NCBI GenBank assembly: GCA_965223265.1
Contig: OZ244999.1
Span: 6,496,001 to 6,560,000 of the forward strand
Direction: 5' to 3'
From: Planctomycetota bacterium
Lineage (GTDB): Bacteria; Planctomycetota; UBA8108; SXIK01
DNA length: 64,000 bases
The position numbers were made by a program, and so were the translations under genes. Positions 49,821 to 60,543 of this stretch are shown here, piece by piece. How positions within the stretch are numbered: the first letter of the stretch is position 1; each line of letters opens with the position of its first letter. The notes beneath the pieces are model-generated. The model was not told where the DNA came from. It was given only the letters and a program-made list of their open reading frames with translations, and made no database searches.

Positions 49821-51902
49821 CTACGAGCTCGCTTCGGTCGAGTCGAGGATCGCTGCAGCGTTCGGGTCAGCCTCGCGGCGGACACCTCGGCGCCACTCGG
49901 CAAGATAAGTACTCTGTAGTTCTTGAAGAAGCTGACCTCGGTAGCGTTGTTTCTGGGTCTCGAACTCGCTCGAATCCGGCGGCACGATGTCATCGACGCG
50001 AATGAGGAAGCATGCGGCAGCCTGCGCGTCGGTGGTGACGGCGAGCGATCCGGTGGTTTCTTCAGAAAACGCGGCGCGAACGATCGACGGCCCGCCCTCC
50101 TGCGTCTCGGAGTCCTCGCCAGGCGCTGCGTCTGAAGCGTCGCCCTCATCTTCGCCCGCAGGGGAATCGGCCGCGGCGCCGTCGCTGTCGTCCACGGCGG
50201 CTTCTGCCAGATAGCTCAGGCTGAACGCACTACGCTTTACGTACTGATCGGAGACTCTGAGCTCCGCGGCGCTCGGTGCGACGAGGAAACTCTCGCCGTC
50301 GACTTCGACCGTCAAGCCTTCGGAAAGCAGCCCTGAAACCGCACCTTCGCGCTCGGCCGCCGCGACCTCCGTGGCCTTCGAAAGCGCCGCCGCAACGAGC
50401 TCAAGCGCTCTGTCAGTGACGGCTTTCTCCCTCACTTCCGCTTCCGACTCGGAGAACGCCAGCTGCCGCGGAGTCCTGACGTCGACTTCGGTGTAGAGAA
50501 CACGGCCGCCATCCGTTCTTAAAGAATTCTTCGACGGCTCGATCGACGTCTTCTGCGGCTGCCCGAAACGCGGTGTCAACTCCCGGAACCAGCCCGTCAC
50601 CGCGCTCGTGAACGCTTCGCCGAACACCTCTTCGGCGTCGTCCGCCGTCGCGTACTCGGTCGTGCCGCTGCGGAGGAATGGACTCTGACGAAGAATCTCT
50701 TCAAGGCTCGTCGGTTCGCCGGCGCTCGGGTACAGCTTCGAAGTCAGGGTGTTAGCAAAGACCGACATGAGGGAGTCGGTCTCGAGCTCAATCAGCTTCT
50801 CTCGGACCTCCGCCTTGACGTCGTCGAACGGCTTGTACAACTCGTCGTCGAGGGCTTTCTGCTCCTCGGCGGTCCGCAGGACAAACAGGTCTTCCGCACC
50901 ATTGATCGCGGGACGGCGATAGTCGTTGCGGTTCCTTTCGTAGTAGTCGATCAAGTCGTCGTCGGTGACGTCGGCTTCTGCGCGCTCAGCGAAATGTTTC
51001 TCCGGAACGAAAACGTAGCTGGCGCGGACACCAAGTGGACGGCTGAAGGCACGTGGATCCGCATCGAAGACCGCCCGGACTTCCTCGTCCGTCACGGATG
51101 GGCCAACCTTGGCGAGCAGATCCGCAGTTGGTTTGAAGTCGATCCAGCTGAGCTTTCGCTTCTGCTCCTGCTTGCGAAACTCTGCGTAGATCTCCTGGTC
51201 GTCGACATTGACCGTATCAGTGACGAACCTCTGGAGCTTCGCGAGCACCAAAAGCTCTCGAAGAGTCGATTCGAACTGCTGAATCGACATGCGGGTGCTC
51301 GCGACCGTTTCTTTCCAGCCCGCGGCGTCGAACGCGTTTCGCTCTTCGAGCTCACTGAGCTTCTCCTGCGACTTGAAGTACAATTGGAACTGCAGCTGCT
51401 GCGGGTTGTTCATTGCGCCCGGCTGCGCACGAATCTCCTCGCCGGCAAGACGGAACGCTTCTCCCTGGCGCCAAAGGTCACGAATCGACGCGCCGAGTTC
51501 CTCATCGGAGACGCGGATCCCCATGCGCTCTGCTGTTTTAAGATACAGCGCATAGTCGTAGGGATTCACTTGTAACCGGCCGCGGCGGTCACGCTCGGCC
51601 ACGAGTCCAGCGCATGCACCTAACGCAGGGGACGCGACGGCCGCGACGGAGCCGACCCGCTGCGCAGTCTTTTGAAAATCAGCCTCCGTCACCTTCTCCC
51701 CATAGAGAGTCACGCTGGCACCACCGTCGAACCAGCTGGAGAAGATTTGCTCGGCGGGAAGAGTGAACGCGAAAAACGGCGCCAAGATGAGGAGCAAGAC
51801 GACGAGAGCCGTCCGTTCGTTCCGTGCCAGCCAGCGTTGCCACCGCGCCCACAGGGACTTGTCCTCTTGCTTGTCAGTTCGGACCTTCTTCGACTTCGAC
51901 AT
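49821..51902 (-). CDS. SurA-N/PpiD-like membrane-anchored periplasmic chaperone
   Basis: N-terminal TM, AERMGIRVSDEEL, repeated VTD.E...Y segments and YKPFDDVKAEVREKL. The family assignment is by resemblance only. Confidence 0.65.
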   Translation of the reverse strand: MSKSKKVRTDKQEDKSLWARWQRWLARNERTALVVLLLILAPFFAFTLPAEQIFSSWFDGGASVTLYGEKVTEADFQKTAQRVGSVAAVASPALGACAGLVAERDRRGRLQVNPYDYALYLKTAERMGIRVSDEELGASIRDLWRQGEAFRLAGEEIRAQPGAMNNPQQLQFQLYFKSQEKLSELEERNAFDAAGWKETVASTRMSIQQFESTLRELLVLAKLQRFVTDTVNVDDQEIYAEFRKQEQKRKLSWIDFKPTADLLAKVGPSVTDEEVRAVFDADPRAFSRPLGVRASYVFVPEKHFAERAEADVTDDDLIDYYERNRNDYRRPAINGAEDLFVLRTAEEQKALDDELYKPFDDVKAEVREKLIELETDSLMSVFANTLTSKLYPSAGEPTSLEEILRQSPFLRSGTTEYATADDAEEVFGEAFTSAVTGWFRELTPRFGQPQKTSIEPSKNSLRTDGGRVLYTEVDVRTPRQLAFSESEAEVREKAVTDRALELVAAALSKATEVAAAEREGAVSGLLSEGLTVEVDGESFLVAPSAAELRVSDQYVKRSAFSLSYLAEAAVDDSDGAAADSPAGEDEGDASDAAPGEDSETQEGGPSIVRAAFSEETTGSLAVTTDAQAAACFLIRVDDIVPPDSSEFETQKQRYRGQLLQELQSTYLAEWRRGVRREADPNAAAILDSTEASS

Positions 51903-52135
51903 TCTCGGCTCCAGTCAGGATGGATTGGCGCGGTGCGCGTTGGGACAGACTCCCGGAATCGGCGATTTTAGCCAAACTCGGCGGGCCCGGGTAGGCGGAA
52001 ATTCCCGTGCCAACGGCGGCGGCGAAAGTCCCGTGCCGGCAAACTCATCACGGGCCGGCCGCAGCGAGCGCCTGCCCGGAAACAGCGCGCGAGACTGCGT
52101 CCTCGGCGCAGAAGGCCACACGCTCACGCGGCGCG

Positions 52136-53842
52136 TCAGAATCGATACTGATACTCGACGGCGACCGTATGAAGCCGCTCGAGGTCCGCGCTCACGTACT
52201 CGAAGTCGTCGTCGTAGTGGTAGCTCAAGCGCCACTGGTGCCTCGACCACGGACGCCAGCGGACATATGAGCCAAGGCTTGAGGCGCGAAAATCCAGCTC
52301 GGCAAACTGCGCCTCATAATCATAGGCGCGAACGATCGCAGTGAATCCCACGGCAATGTAGCGCTCGAAGTCCTGCTCGATCAGCGCTTCCAGCCCGACG
52401 GACGACGGTTCGCCGTCACCCTCGGCGTCCTCAGGGCGAAAATCAGCCAAACCGTTCGCAAGTGCGGTGTCGTCCAGACGAACCACGCGCCGCGGCAGCT
52501 CGGTGTGAACGTACCGCACGGTCGCGCGGCCCGTTAGCCCGCGCCATGGAGCGTCCGAAATGTCGGCACCGATCCAAACCTCGTGCCAATCGGTGTTGTA
52601 GTTGTCCTCCTCGCTGCCGCCGCGTACCAAGTGCGAGATGACGCCAACGAACGCCCCGTAGTGCTGAAACAAACCCTTGCGCACCTCTAGATAGAACTCG
52701 TCGTAAGGCTCCACGCCGCTGATGTTGAAGTGCTGCTCGACTCGATTCGAGCCGCGCCGAAAAGAAGATTGAGTGAAGTCGAAGATAAAGTCATCCATCT
52801 GGTCGGAGACCTTCGCGACGTAGCGAGCATCCGCCGTCAACTGCAGCGTTTCCGCCGCCGCGTGGGCATCGAAGGTGAGCGAGTGCGGCTCACGGTTGAT
52901 CTGTCGGTAACGGGCAGCCATCCAGCCGAACTCGGGTAGTTCCTGTCGCACCTCGGCTTCAGCGGTATTCCTCAGATAATAGACGTCCGAGAAGTTAAGC
53001 TGCGTTTCGTCGCCGAGCCAGACCGTGACGTGGCCCCCGGCGACGCCGTCGTGAGGCGACGCCGACCTCGAGTAGTACGTCACTCTCGAGCCTCCGAAGA
53101 CGGCAAACTCACTCTCCTGATCGGCGATCGTGACGCCACGTACGCGGGCCGTCGCGCCGTCGAAGTGAGCCCATTCGGCTTCACGCGCATACTGGCGACC
53201 AAGAGTTAACTCCAGGTGGCGCGAAAACGTCTCGACGCGCGCAAACAGCCGCTGGAGCTGAAGAGCTTGGCGATGCTTGAAGCGATCGAATCCGCCGAAC
53301 GACGCCTCGCCCGGCGAAGATCCGTCGATGTCTTTAAAGTATCGGAGCGCCGCTTCGCCTTTGAGCGATTGAATGATTCCTTCCTCCTGCCACGGCACGA
53401 AGAGATCCTCGAAGCGCATTGAGAGGAATTGGTCGACATCTTGGTCGCTCTTGTCATCAGCGCGCATGCGCAACTGCCGCACGTGCTCGAGATCGTCTGC
53501 GGTGACAGGAGAGAATGGCAAATCGGCACGCTTGAAGTCGTACACCTTCGCTTGATAACGAGCGCGATACGTGAGGTGAAGCTTCCCGCCCAGCGTTGGA
53601 TCGTCGGCAAAGCGAGAAAACAGGTTCTCGGTCGCACCGCTATCGCCGTTTGCGTCGTCCGCGTCCTCCGCCCAGAAGTCATCGTCGAGCCCGTCGCCAA
53701 ACGACTCGTCGGACGTCTCATCGAAGGTCGCGTCGTCACCGACGAGGGTGCCTCCGGGACTTAAGAGAATAGCGACTGCAAGCAGCGTCACGACGATGCC
53801 GAATTCCCGTGCGAGAACGGGACGCTGACCCCAACGTTCCAA
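52136..53842 (-). CDS. Probable outer-membrane beta-barrel protein
   Basis: Signal-like hydrophobic stretch, acidic N-terminal region, alternating amphipathic strands, LTLGRQY..HFDG, and C-terminal VEYQYRF (terminal Phe). Start uncertain (TTG 53842 or GTG 53791). Confidence 0.7.
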   Translation of the reverse strand: MERWGQRPVLAREFGIVVTLLAVAILLSPGGTLVGDDATFDETSDESFGDGLDDDFWAEDADDANGDSGATENLFSRFADDPTLGGKLHLTYRARYQAKVYDFKRADLPFSPVTADDLEHVRQLRMRADDKSDQDVDQFLSMRFEDLFVPWQEEGIIQSLKGEAALRYFKDIDGSSPGEASFGGFDRFKHRQALQLQRLFARVETFSRHLELTLGRQYAREAEWAHFDGATARVRGVTIADQESEFAVFGGSRVTYYSRSASPHDGVAGGHVTVWLGDETQLNFSDVYYLRNTAEAEVRQELPEFGWMAARYRQINREPHSLTFDAHAAAETLQLTADARYVAKVSDQMDDFIFDFTQSSFRRGSNRVEQHFNISGVEPYDEFYLEVRKGLFQHYGAFVGVISHLVRGGSEEDNYNTDWHEVWIGADISDAPWRGLTGRATVRYVHTELPRRVVRLDDTALANGLADFRPEDAEGDGEPSSVGLEALIEQDFERYIAVGFTAIVRAYDYEAQFAELDFRASSLGSYVRWRPWSRHQWRLSYHYDDDFEYVSADLERLHTVAVEYQYRF

Positions 53843-53878
53843 AAAATGCCAACGTTGCAAAAGATGACTGGCGCGGCG

Positions 53879-53980
53879 AAGAGAAAACGCAGAGGTCGGA
53901 GGGGCGCAGAGAGACGCGGAGAGCGTTCTTCTCTGATCTCCGCGGCTCTCTGCGTCTCCGCGTACTCTGCGTTTTCTCTT
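53879..53980. repeat. Palindromic REP-like element built from (A/G)CGC(A/G)GAG units
   Basis: Perfect 16-bp outer arms AAGAGAAAACGCAGAG / CTCTGCGTTTTCTCTT with nested CGCAGAG/CTCTGCG and CGCGGAG/CTCCGCG units. Confidence 0.8.
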
Positions 53981-54063
53981 GCCTTGCGCTGCAGAGTAAG
54001 TGCGCGCTGAGTCGAAAGACTCATACGACTGTAGGGGCTGAGTCGGCCTGGCCCATGGGCGCC

Positions 54064-54828
54064 TCATCGATTGTGACACCCCGCGCAGCTGTCGGCGAAA
54101 TTGTGGCACACGAGGCAGCTCCGGGATCGCAGCAGAGCTGCCTGGCGGTGCCCGCCGCCACCCATGAAGATTGGCGTGTGGTCGGGGGGCGGCTGACTGT
54201 GACAGTTCTCACAGTAAGACACTTCGTGGCACGTAGCACAGGAACGTCGATCATGAGTCGCGAGTCGACCATGAGTCGAACGCGCGAATCGTGGCGTATG
54301 TGATAGAGGCTTGCGAACGGCGTGACAGCCCTGACAATCGTCTTGCACGTGGCACAAAGAACACTTGTAACTCTCTCGCTCCGCCATGTGCTTGTGGTTG
54401 CGAATCCATGTACCGTCATGAAACCGCGGTTTTCGTTGATACCGATTCGTCACATGACATGTGATGCAGTCACGTGATAGGTCGTCGCCGTTGTGACACT
54501 GAAAGCAGCGTGCCATAGCCGGCAGACTCAGCTTGGGGTATGCGTCTGCCGGCGCCTCCGCGCGCAACTCGTTTTCCTCCAGAACGCTCTCTGCGCTGGT
54601 CGAGCTGAAGTGGCAAGTCTCGCACGGCTCAAACGAATGCGTCTCGTGGCTGAAGACGACATCCCCAGCGGCGTACGGTACGTGCTCGACTCCAAAGCGA
54701 AGTCGACTCGCCTCGAAACGGCTCTCTTCAAGCGGAATCAACGCGCAGCTAGCAAAGAAAACAAGAGCCCACAGGGCAAACGACGTCACACGCGCGCGCA
54801 GGGCAGGGCGACCCGCCGATTCGGGCAT
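54064..54828 (-). CDS. Nine-heme c-type cytochrome, predicted lipoprotein
   Basis: Nine CxxCH motifs (CETCH, CFQCH, CITCH, CSLCH, CQGCH, CATCH, CENCH, CLVCH, CAGCH), many extra His residues, and a lipobox-like FASC after a hydrophobic stretch. Confidence 0.92.
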   Translation of the reverse strand: MPESAGRPALRARVTSFALWALVFFASCALIPLEESRFEASRLRFGVEHVPYAAGDVVFSHETHSFEPCETCHFSSTSAESVLEENELRAEAPADAYPKLSLPAMARCFQCHNGDDLSRDCITCHVTNRYQRKPRFHDGTWIRNHKHMAERESYKCSLCHVQDDCQGCHAVRKPLSHTPRFARSTHGRLATHDRRSCATCHEVSYCENCHSQPPPDHTPIFMGGGGHRQAALLRSRSCLVCHNFADSCAGCHNR

Positions 54829-55033
54829 GACAAACTCCGTGGATGGCGACGCGAATTCCGGCCTCGGATCAACAGGCTTTCGCCGATGGGGCGAGTTCAG
54901 TGGCGCCAGAGCTGAGGCAGTCGCGACGCCAAATGAATCCCTGCGGGCAAGGAATGCAAAGAGGACGGCGGGGAATGAGCGAGAAAGATTGTACCACTCT
55001 CGATGAGAGTCGAGAGCACTTTCGCGTCACGGA

Positions 55034-56305
55034 CTATTGCACGCCGTCGTTGCTCGAACGGAGGAGTCGATCGGCGCGTTCGGCAACTGGTAGGTCCTCG
55101 CCGAACACCTCCTTAACGAGTCGCCAGGTGCGCTGCGCCTCCTTTGGACGACGGCTGTGCGCCTGGCACTCCCCCCGCATGACGAGAGCCTCGGCGCGCC
55201 AAGCTGTCTCCCCCATCTCCAACAGAGCCTCGACGTGCGCGCGCGCGAAGCGAACAGCGGTAGCGCGATCAGAAAAACCATCGCCGTCGCCCCGCAGCGC
55301 CTCTTTTGCGAGCAGATAGTGAAGCGTACTGCCGAGCGGCCCGCGACGGTCTTCCCCAAGAAACACCTCGAGCTTGGGAACTACGCGGGGTTTACCACGA
55401 CGCAGATCGGCTAGGAGCGACTGAAAAACTCGAGCACGCTCCGCGGGCATCGCTCGCTCCACACGCTCGCGCGACGCAGCATTGACGCGTCGTGAGAATC
55501 CCGCGACGTCGGTCCCGAGCGCGGAGGCGAGCTCCATGTGGAATGGTCGACCAGAGCAAACCCTTCGCAGCAGACGGCTCATTCCATCGTCACCTAGCCG
55601 CTCGCTCAACCAATCAACCGCGAGGAAAGCTTCTGCGTAGGTGATGACCGGAGCCTCATCCAGTGTCGAATCAGCGCGGGCCGAAGTCGCCGTCGGACGC
55701 ACCCCGTGAAGAAACGCCGTGGGTTGCTGACCGCGAAACACGGTGAACCCAATGCGCTCGCGCAATCGCGCCGCGCCTTCACCGGCGAAGAGCTGCGAAA
55801 GTCCCTCTCGGAACCACCACGGCACCGACGTATACCGCGACAACTCGCCGCGGTGTGAAGCCAAGACGGCGTGGGCAGTCTCGTGAAAAATCACGCTCTT
55901 CACCGCAGCGGGGTCAGCAAGGAACTTTCGCGCCGGCAGTTCGACGCGAATGCTCTCGCCGTCGAATAGAATACGCCCGAGTTCGAAGTATCCGTGGGGA
56001 ACCGTCGGCACCGTCGCTCGCGGCGCCGCACCGGCAGCACTCGTTTCGAACGCCCAGTCGATGCGATGCGAACCGAAACGCAAATTGAATCGTTCAGCGA
56101 AGGCACGCGCAGCATCCTTGCGGGCCCGTTCGGCCGCTGCAAGCAGGCGAGGGAAGCGTTCGTCCTTCTCGTACACCCCGGGCAGAACCGTCCACCGCGG
56201 TGCAGCCTGCGCACTACCGACACAGCATGTCAGCACCAGAGTCGCGATGAAGGCGCCTTCAACCGCCACGCAGAAACTCGTCCATTGCTTCGTTGGCGAG
56301 TTCAT
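55034..56305 (-). CDS. Secreted zinc metallopeptidase (peptidase MA-like) with TPR-like C-terminus
   Basis: HETAH followed by [18 protein letters not shown] and a signal-like N-terminus. Confidence 0.7.
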   Translation of the reverse strand: MNSPTKQWTSFCVAVEGAFIATLVLTCCVGSAQAAPRWTVLPGVYEKDERFPRLLAAAERARKDAARAFAERFNLRFGSHRIDWAFETSAAGAAPRATVPTVPHGYFELGRILFDGESIRVELPARKFLADPAAVKSVIFHETAHAVLASHRGELSRYTSVPWWFREGLSQLFAGEGAARLRERIGFTVFRGQQPTAFLHGVRPTATSARADSTLDEAPVITYAEAFLAVDWLSERLGDDGMSRLLRRVCSGRPFHMELASALGTDVAGFSRRVNAASRERVERAMPAERARVFQSLLADLRRGKPRVVPKLEVFLGEDRRGPLGSTLHYLLAKEALRGDGDGFSDRATAVRFARAHVEALLEMGETAWRAEALVMRGECQAHSRRPKEAQRTWRLVKEVFGEDLPVAERADRLLRSSNDGVQ

Positions 56306-56699
56306 CACATCTCTCGTTTTCGGCGTGCCCGGCATGGCCGCGGACCCACTGCCAAACAACCTTGTGCGGTCTGGCCACTTCGATCAATCGCTCCCAGAGA
56401 TCCCGGTTCAAGACGGGTTGACGCTTCGAGTTCGTCCAGCCGCGACGTTGCCACGACGCCACCCACTCCGTCATTCCCTTGACCACATACTGTGAGTCGG
56501 TCACAACCGTGACCGTACCCGGCACTTCGATCTGCTCGAAGCCTGCAATCGCAGCTGAAAGCTCCATACGATTGTTCGTCGTATCTGCCTCCGCATGTTT
56601 CAGCTCTTTGAAGATCCCTTCACCTTGAACGATGACGCCAAAGCCACCCACGCCGGGATTGCCCCGGCACGCACCGTCGCAGAAGACGGCGTACCTCAT
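56259..56699 (-). CDS. rnhA: Ribonuclease HI
   Basis: [38 protein letters not shown]. Confidence 0.97.
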   Translation of the reverse strand: MRYAVFCDGACRGNPGVGGFGVIVQGEGIFKELKHAEADTTNNRMELSAAIAGFEQIEVPGTVTVVTDSQYVVKGMTEWVASWQRRGWTNSKRQPVLNRDLWERLIEVARPHKVVWQWVRGHAGHAENERCDELANEAMDEFLRGG

Positions 56700-56887
56700 T
56701 TTCTCGCTCACGCCCTGCCTTTCAACTGTCTCCCGCTCCGCCTTCCGATCAGCCTCGGATCGGGACAGAGCTCCCAAAACGCCAAGTTACCTGCTTCGTC
56801 GATCGATCAATCCAGCTCTCCCTACGCTGGAGGCGATTCCCCGGTCTTCCCGTTCATAACTTTCGGACAGGCTCTCCGCAAGCCCGT

Positions 56888-59044
56888 TCATCCATTATGA
56901 CTCTCTTGAGACCGCCGCTGACGGCCCGACGGTCGAAAACTGATTTCCCGGGCATCCGGATTGACCTCCGACAAGACGACCCGGAGCTTGTCCCCGATCA
57001 AAAACTCGGTTTTCCTCCGTCTCCCTATAAGTTTTCTGCGTTTCTCGTCGTAATCATAAAAGTCATTCCCCATGCTCGCCACATGGACTAGGCCCTCGAC
57101 GAGATTCTCTTCACAGCGGACGACCAAACCATACGGCAGGATATAGATGATATGGACGTCCATTTCTGTTCCAACCAGGGGCTCCAGATAGCGAATCAGC
57201 CGTAGACGGGCCATCTCCCGTTCAGCTTCCTCTGCCCGCCGTTCGAGCTCGGACGCGCGCGCGAGAACCTCCGGTAGCCGTTCTTCCCAGCGCTGCGCAC
57301 GGCTCCGCGACAGATCCCCGCTCAGATGCGCCTCGAGAATCTGGTGGACGAGCAGATCGGGGTAGCGCCGGATCGGGGAGGTAAAATGGCAGTAGGCGTT
57401 GGTCGCGAGCGCGAAGTGCGCAGCTTCCGTTGCCGAGTACTCGGCGTGCCCCATGGTGCGCAGGAGGCTCAGCTGCACAACGGCGCCGAATGGCTCCGAC
57501 TCGACGTCGCGCACCAGCTGCTGCAGTTCCTCAGCCGCAGAGCCACCTCGATACTTCACCCCTATGGCGCCGAGGAACTCCAAGAACTCTTCAAATTTGT
57601 CCCCCTCGGGGGGCGGATGCGTGCGCAGAGCGCGCGGTAGTTTCTTTTTTATGAGAAAACGAGCCACAGTCTCGTTCGCGGCGACCATAAACTCTTCGAT
57701 CAAAGAGTGTGCAGCGTCACGCTCCTCACGTGCGATCCCAGTGACGTTTCCGTCATCGTCAGCCACAAGCACCGGCTTGGGCAGATCCAGGTAGAGCGAA
57801 CCTCGATCGTAGCGCGCCCGCTGCAGAATCCGGCTCAACTCCCCCATCTGCCTCAAGATGAGCCTCGGATCGCTGTGCGTGGCCTCGCCCACTGGTCGAC
57901 CTTTCGCGTCTTCCAAGACCTCCAAAACTTCCTCATACGCGTAGCGGTAGTGTGAACGAATGACGGAACGGACGATCTCACTATTGAGCATCGCACCCTG
58001 AGGGTCGAACGTCATAAACACACTCTTGGTGAGACGATCTTCCTCGGGTCTCAAACTGCAGAGATCATTCGACAATCGCTCCGGCAGCATCGGCACAACG
58101 CGCCCTGAGAGGTAGATCGACGTGCCGCGCGCCTCGGCTTCATGATCGAGAGGAGACCCATCGGGGACGTAGTGAGAAACGTCCGCGATGTGGACGCCGA
58201 GCCTTACGCGCCCCTCTGAGAGCTGCTCCAGCGAGACCGCGTCGTCGAAGTCCTGCGCACCGACCGGATCGATCGTGAACGTCAGAAGATCGCGAAGATC
58301 CCGGCGATCCGGCCACCGTGAGTTCTGCTTGACGCCGCGCGCAGCTTTCGCCTCCTGTAAAGCCTCGGCAGGAAACTCTCCTGGCAACTCGAACTCAGCG
58401 CAGATGACGCGGAAATCTGAATCGAGCGAGCCTTCGTCGCGCAGACGTACTTCCACCTTCCCCCGCAAATCATCGCTCCCTCCGCGCGCAGGCAGCGCAC
58501 GAACCAATACCTTTTCACCGCCGCGAGCGCCGCCGAGGTGCTCGGGAGAAATGTAAATCTCGACGCCGTGGCCGTCGGCCTGAAGCATGGCTCCGCCGCC
58601 CCCAATCTTTCGCAGCCGGCCTCGAAGCAGTTGTCGCGACCTCTCGACGACTTCGACAACTCGCACCTCTCGCAGACGCCCCGTCGGTACTCGCCCTCTC
58701 TTCTTCACGAGCTTGGCCAGCACCAGGTCGCCACCAAGAGCACTACCGCGACCGTCAGGGGCGACGAAGAACTCCTCGTCTGGGTCGCGCACAGAGCGGA
58801 CGTACGCGTGACCTTGCCGCGCCACACGCACCGACCCGATGCGATAGGGGCTCTTCGGCGACAGGTACGACCAGCCCTGACCTCGCAGGCGGTAGATCTG
58901 CCCAGCTCGCTCGAGCCGTGCCAGCTCTGCCTTGAGCTCTGCGGCCCCTGTCTCGTCCAAGCCCCAGAATCGGACGAGCTCCGCGCTGCCCTGATGGGGT
59001 TGCTCCTCAAGGTGTGCGAGGATCTCTTGACTCGTCGGCGGCAT
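56888..59044 (-). CDS. rnr: Ribonuclease R
   Basis: TIDP..AQDFDDA, VHIADVS, IEEFM..AN, HFTSPIRRYPDL, C-terminal S1 domain. Confidence 0.92.
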   Translation of the reverse strand: MPPTSQEILAHLEEQPHQGSAELVRFWGLDETGAAELKAELARLERAGQIYRLRGQGWSYLSPKSPYRIGSVRVARQGHAYVRSVRDPDEEFFVAPDGRGSALGGDLVLAKLVKKRGRVPTGRLREVRVVEVVERSRQLLRGRLRKIGGGGAMLQADGHGVEIYISPEHLGGARGGEKVLVRALPARGGSDDLRGKVEVRLRDEGSLDSDFRVICAEFELPGEFPAEALQEAKAARGVKQNSRWPDRRDLRDLLTFTIDPVGAQDFDDAVSLEQLSEGRVRLGVHIADVSHYVPDGSPLDHEAEARGTSIYLSGRVVPMLPERLSNDLCSLRPEEDRLTKSVFMTFDPQGAMLNSEIVRSVIRSHYRYAYEEVLEVLEDAKGRPVGEATHSDPRLILRQMGELSRILQRARYDRGSLYLDLPKPVLVADDDGNVTGIAREERDAAHSLIEEFMVAANETVARFLIKKKLPRALRTHPPPEGDKFEEFLEFLGAIGVKYRGGSAAEELQQLVRDVESEPFGAVVQLSLLRTMGHAEYSATEAAHFALATNAYCHFTSPIRRYPDLLVHQILEAHLSGDLSRSRAQRWEERLPEVLARASELERRAEEAEREMARLRLIRYLEPLVGTEMDVHIIYILPYGLVVRCEENLVEGLVHVASMGNDFYDYDEKRRKLIGRRRKTEFLIGDKLRVVLSEVNPDAREISFRPSGRQRRSQESHNG

Positions 59045-59109
59045 GCAGATGCTCGATCTTCTCTTCGGTGCCCGACCAGTTCATACCACACTTCCAGGCG
59101 CAGGCGTGC

Positions 59110-59136
59110 AAAAAAGGCCTCCGGCCCCGGACGCCT
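59110..59136 (-). terminator. Probable intrinsic terminator downstream of pilC
   Basis: GC-rich imperfect stem AGGCGTCCG/CGGAGGCCT followed by a T-run on the minus strand. Confidence 0.5.
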
Positions 59137-59319
59137 CCACAAAAGTCCCCATTCGAAACACATCGGACTGCGTTCGTCTCTGGGGGCACACTTCGAGGCG
59201 AAGGATCAGCCGGATGGGTTGGACTGGTTAGAGTATCTCGCGCAGTCTCCCTGGCTTTCTAGCGAAGTACCCAAACCAGCCGACCCGCAAGCCTCTGGAC
59301 GGACGTCGGTAGCAGCCTG

Positions 59320-60543
59320 TCAATTGATCGTTTCGATGATCTTGATCAGAGGCATGAACAGCGCCACCACGATGAAGCCGACGACGCCTCCCAGGCCGAC
59401 GATAATCATCGGCTCGATGAGGCTGGAGACACCTTCCACCGCAACGTCGACGTCAGCCTCGTAGTTGTCGGCAATCTTGATCAACATCTTGTCGAGCTCG
59501 CCGGTCTCTTCACCGACGTCGATCATGTTGACCAGGAGTTCATCGAACACACCAGAGTTTCTCAACGGCTCGGCGACGGTGTCACCTTCGCGAATACTGC
59601 CGTGGACCTCCTCGATAGCATTCGCAATGACGACATTCCCGACCGCGTCTTTGACGATACGCAGCGCCTCCAGAATCGGCACGCCAGAGGCGATGAGAGT
59701 TCCGAGAGTACGGCAAAACCTCGAGATCGATGACTTCTTGATGATCATGCCGAAGACAGGAATCTTCAGCTTGATGCGATCAAGGAGGGTCTTCCCGTTG
59801 TCCGTGCTCGCCACGGCCTTACCCACCACGAACAGCACAAACGGCACGCCCGGGAGCAAGTACCAATAGGTGCGTACGAGGTGACTACTGGCGAGAAGCA
59901 GCTGCGTCGGACCAGGAAGCTCCTGGCCCAGGTCCTTGAACATCTTTTCGAACGACGGCACGACGAACATCATGATGCACGCCACGATGAGCACCGCCAC
60001 GACGATGACCGCGATGGGATAGACGAGCGCCCCCTTCACCTTCTTTTTGATCTTCTCGGCCTTCTCCATGAAGGTCGCGAGTCGAGACAGAATCACGTCG
60101 AGCACACCGCCGGCTTCACCGGCTCTGACCATACTGACGTAGAGCTTGTCGAAGCTCTTGGGATACTTCGACAGAGCCTCGGAGAAGGTACTTCCCTGTT
60201 CGACGTCGTCACTCGTGCCTTCTAGCTGGTCACGGAACTTGCCCGGCTTTTGCTGCTCGGCAAGAATGCGCAGGCTCCGCACGATCGGCAGCCCCGCATC
60301 CTGCAGCGTCGAAAGCTGGGTGGTGAACGTGACGATCTGCTGGTGCTTGACGCGATCGAGAAGGGACCCGCCCTTTTTCTTCTTCTTTGCTTTCGGTGCG
60401 GACCGTGCCCGCATCGAGACACGCGTCGGTCGAAGGCCTTCGGAGCGTGCTTGCTTGATCGCATCGTCCTTGGACGACGCGTTGATCTCCTTCTTGACCT
60501 TCTGCCCGTTGTTGTCAACCGCTTCAACTGCGAAAACGGGCAT
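59320..60543 (-). CDS. pilC: Type IV pilus / T2SS inner-membrane platform protein (PilC/GspF)
   Basis: FTTQLSTLQDAGLP, AGEAGGVLD, YP..V, GEETGELD, EP.IIV..ALFMP. Confidence 0.93.
   Translation of the reverse strand: MPVFAVEAVDNNGQKVKKEINASSKDDAIKQARSEGLRPTRVSMRARSAPKAKKKKKGGSLLDRVKHQQIVTFTTQLSTLQDAGLPIVRSLRILAEQQKPGKFRDQLEGTSDDVEQGSTFSEALSKYPKSFDKLYVSMVRAGEAGGVLDVILSRLATFMEKAEKIKKKVKGALVYPIAVIVVAVLIVACIMMFVVPSFEKMFKDLGQELPGPTQLLLASSHLVRTYWYLLPGVPFVLFVVGKAVASTDNGKTLLDRIKLKIPVFGMIIKKSSISRFCRTLGTLIASGVPILEALRIVKDAVGNVVIANAIEEVHGSIREGDTVAEPLRNSGVFDELLVNMIDVGEETGELDKMLIKIADNYEADVDVAVEGVSSLIEPMIIVGLGGVVGFIVVALFMPLIKIIETIN

Noticed and set aside
53788-54066. Readthrough of the cytochrome TGA into the in-frame ORF 53788..54024
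   Set aside because: The extension runs through the palindromic repeat, has no heme motifs and does not look like real protein, so the TGA is taken as a true stop.
53843-54109. N-terminal extension of the beta-barrel ORF in the ORF track
   Set aside because: It overlaps the cytochrome 3' end and the palindromic repeat, and the signal-like segment only begins near 53800-53840.
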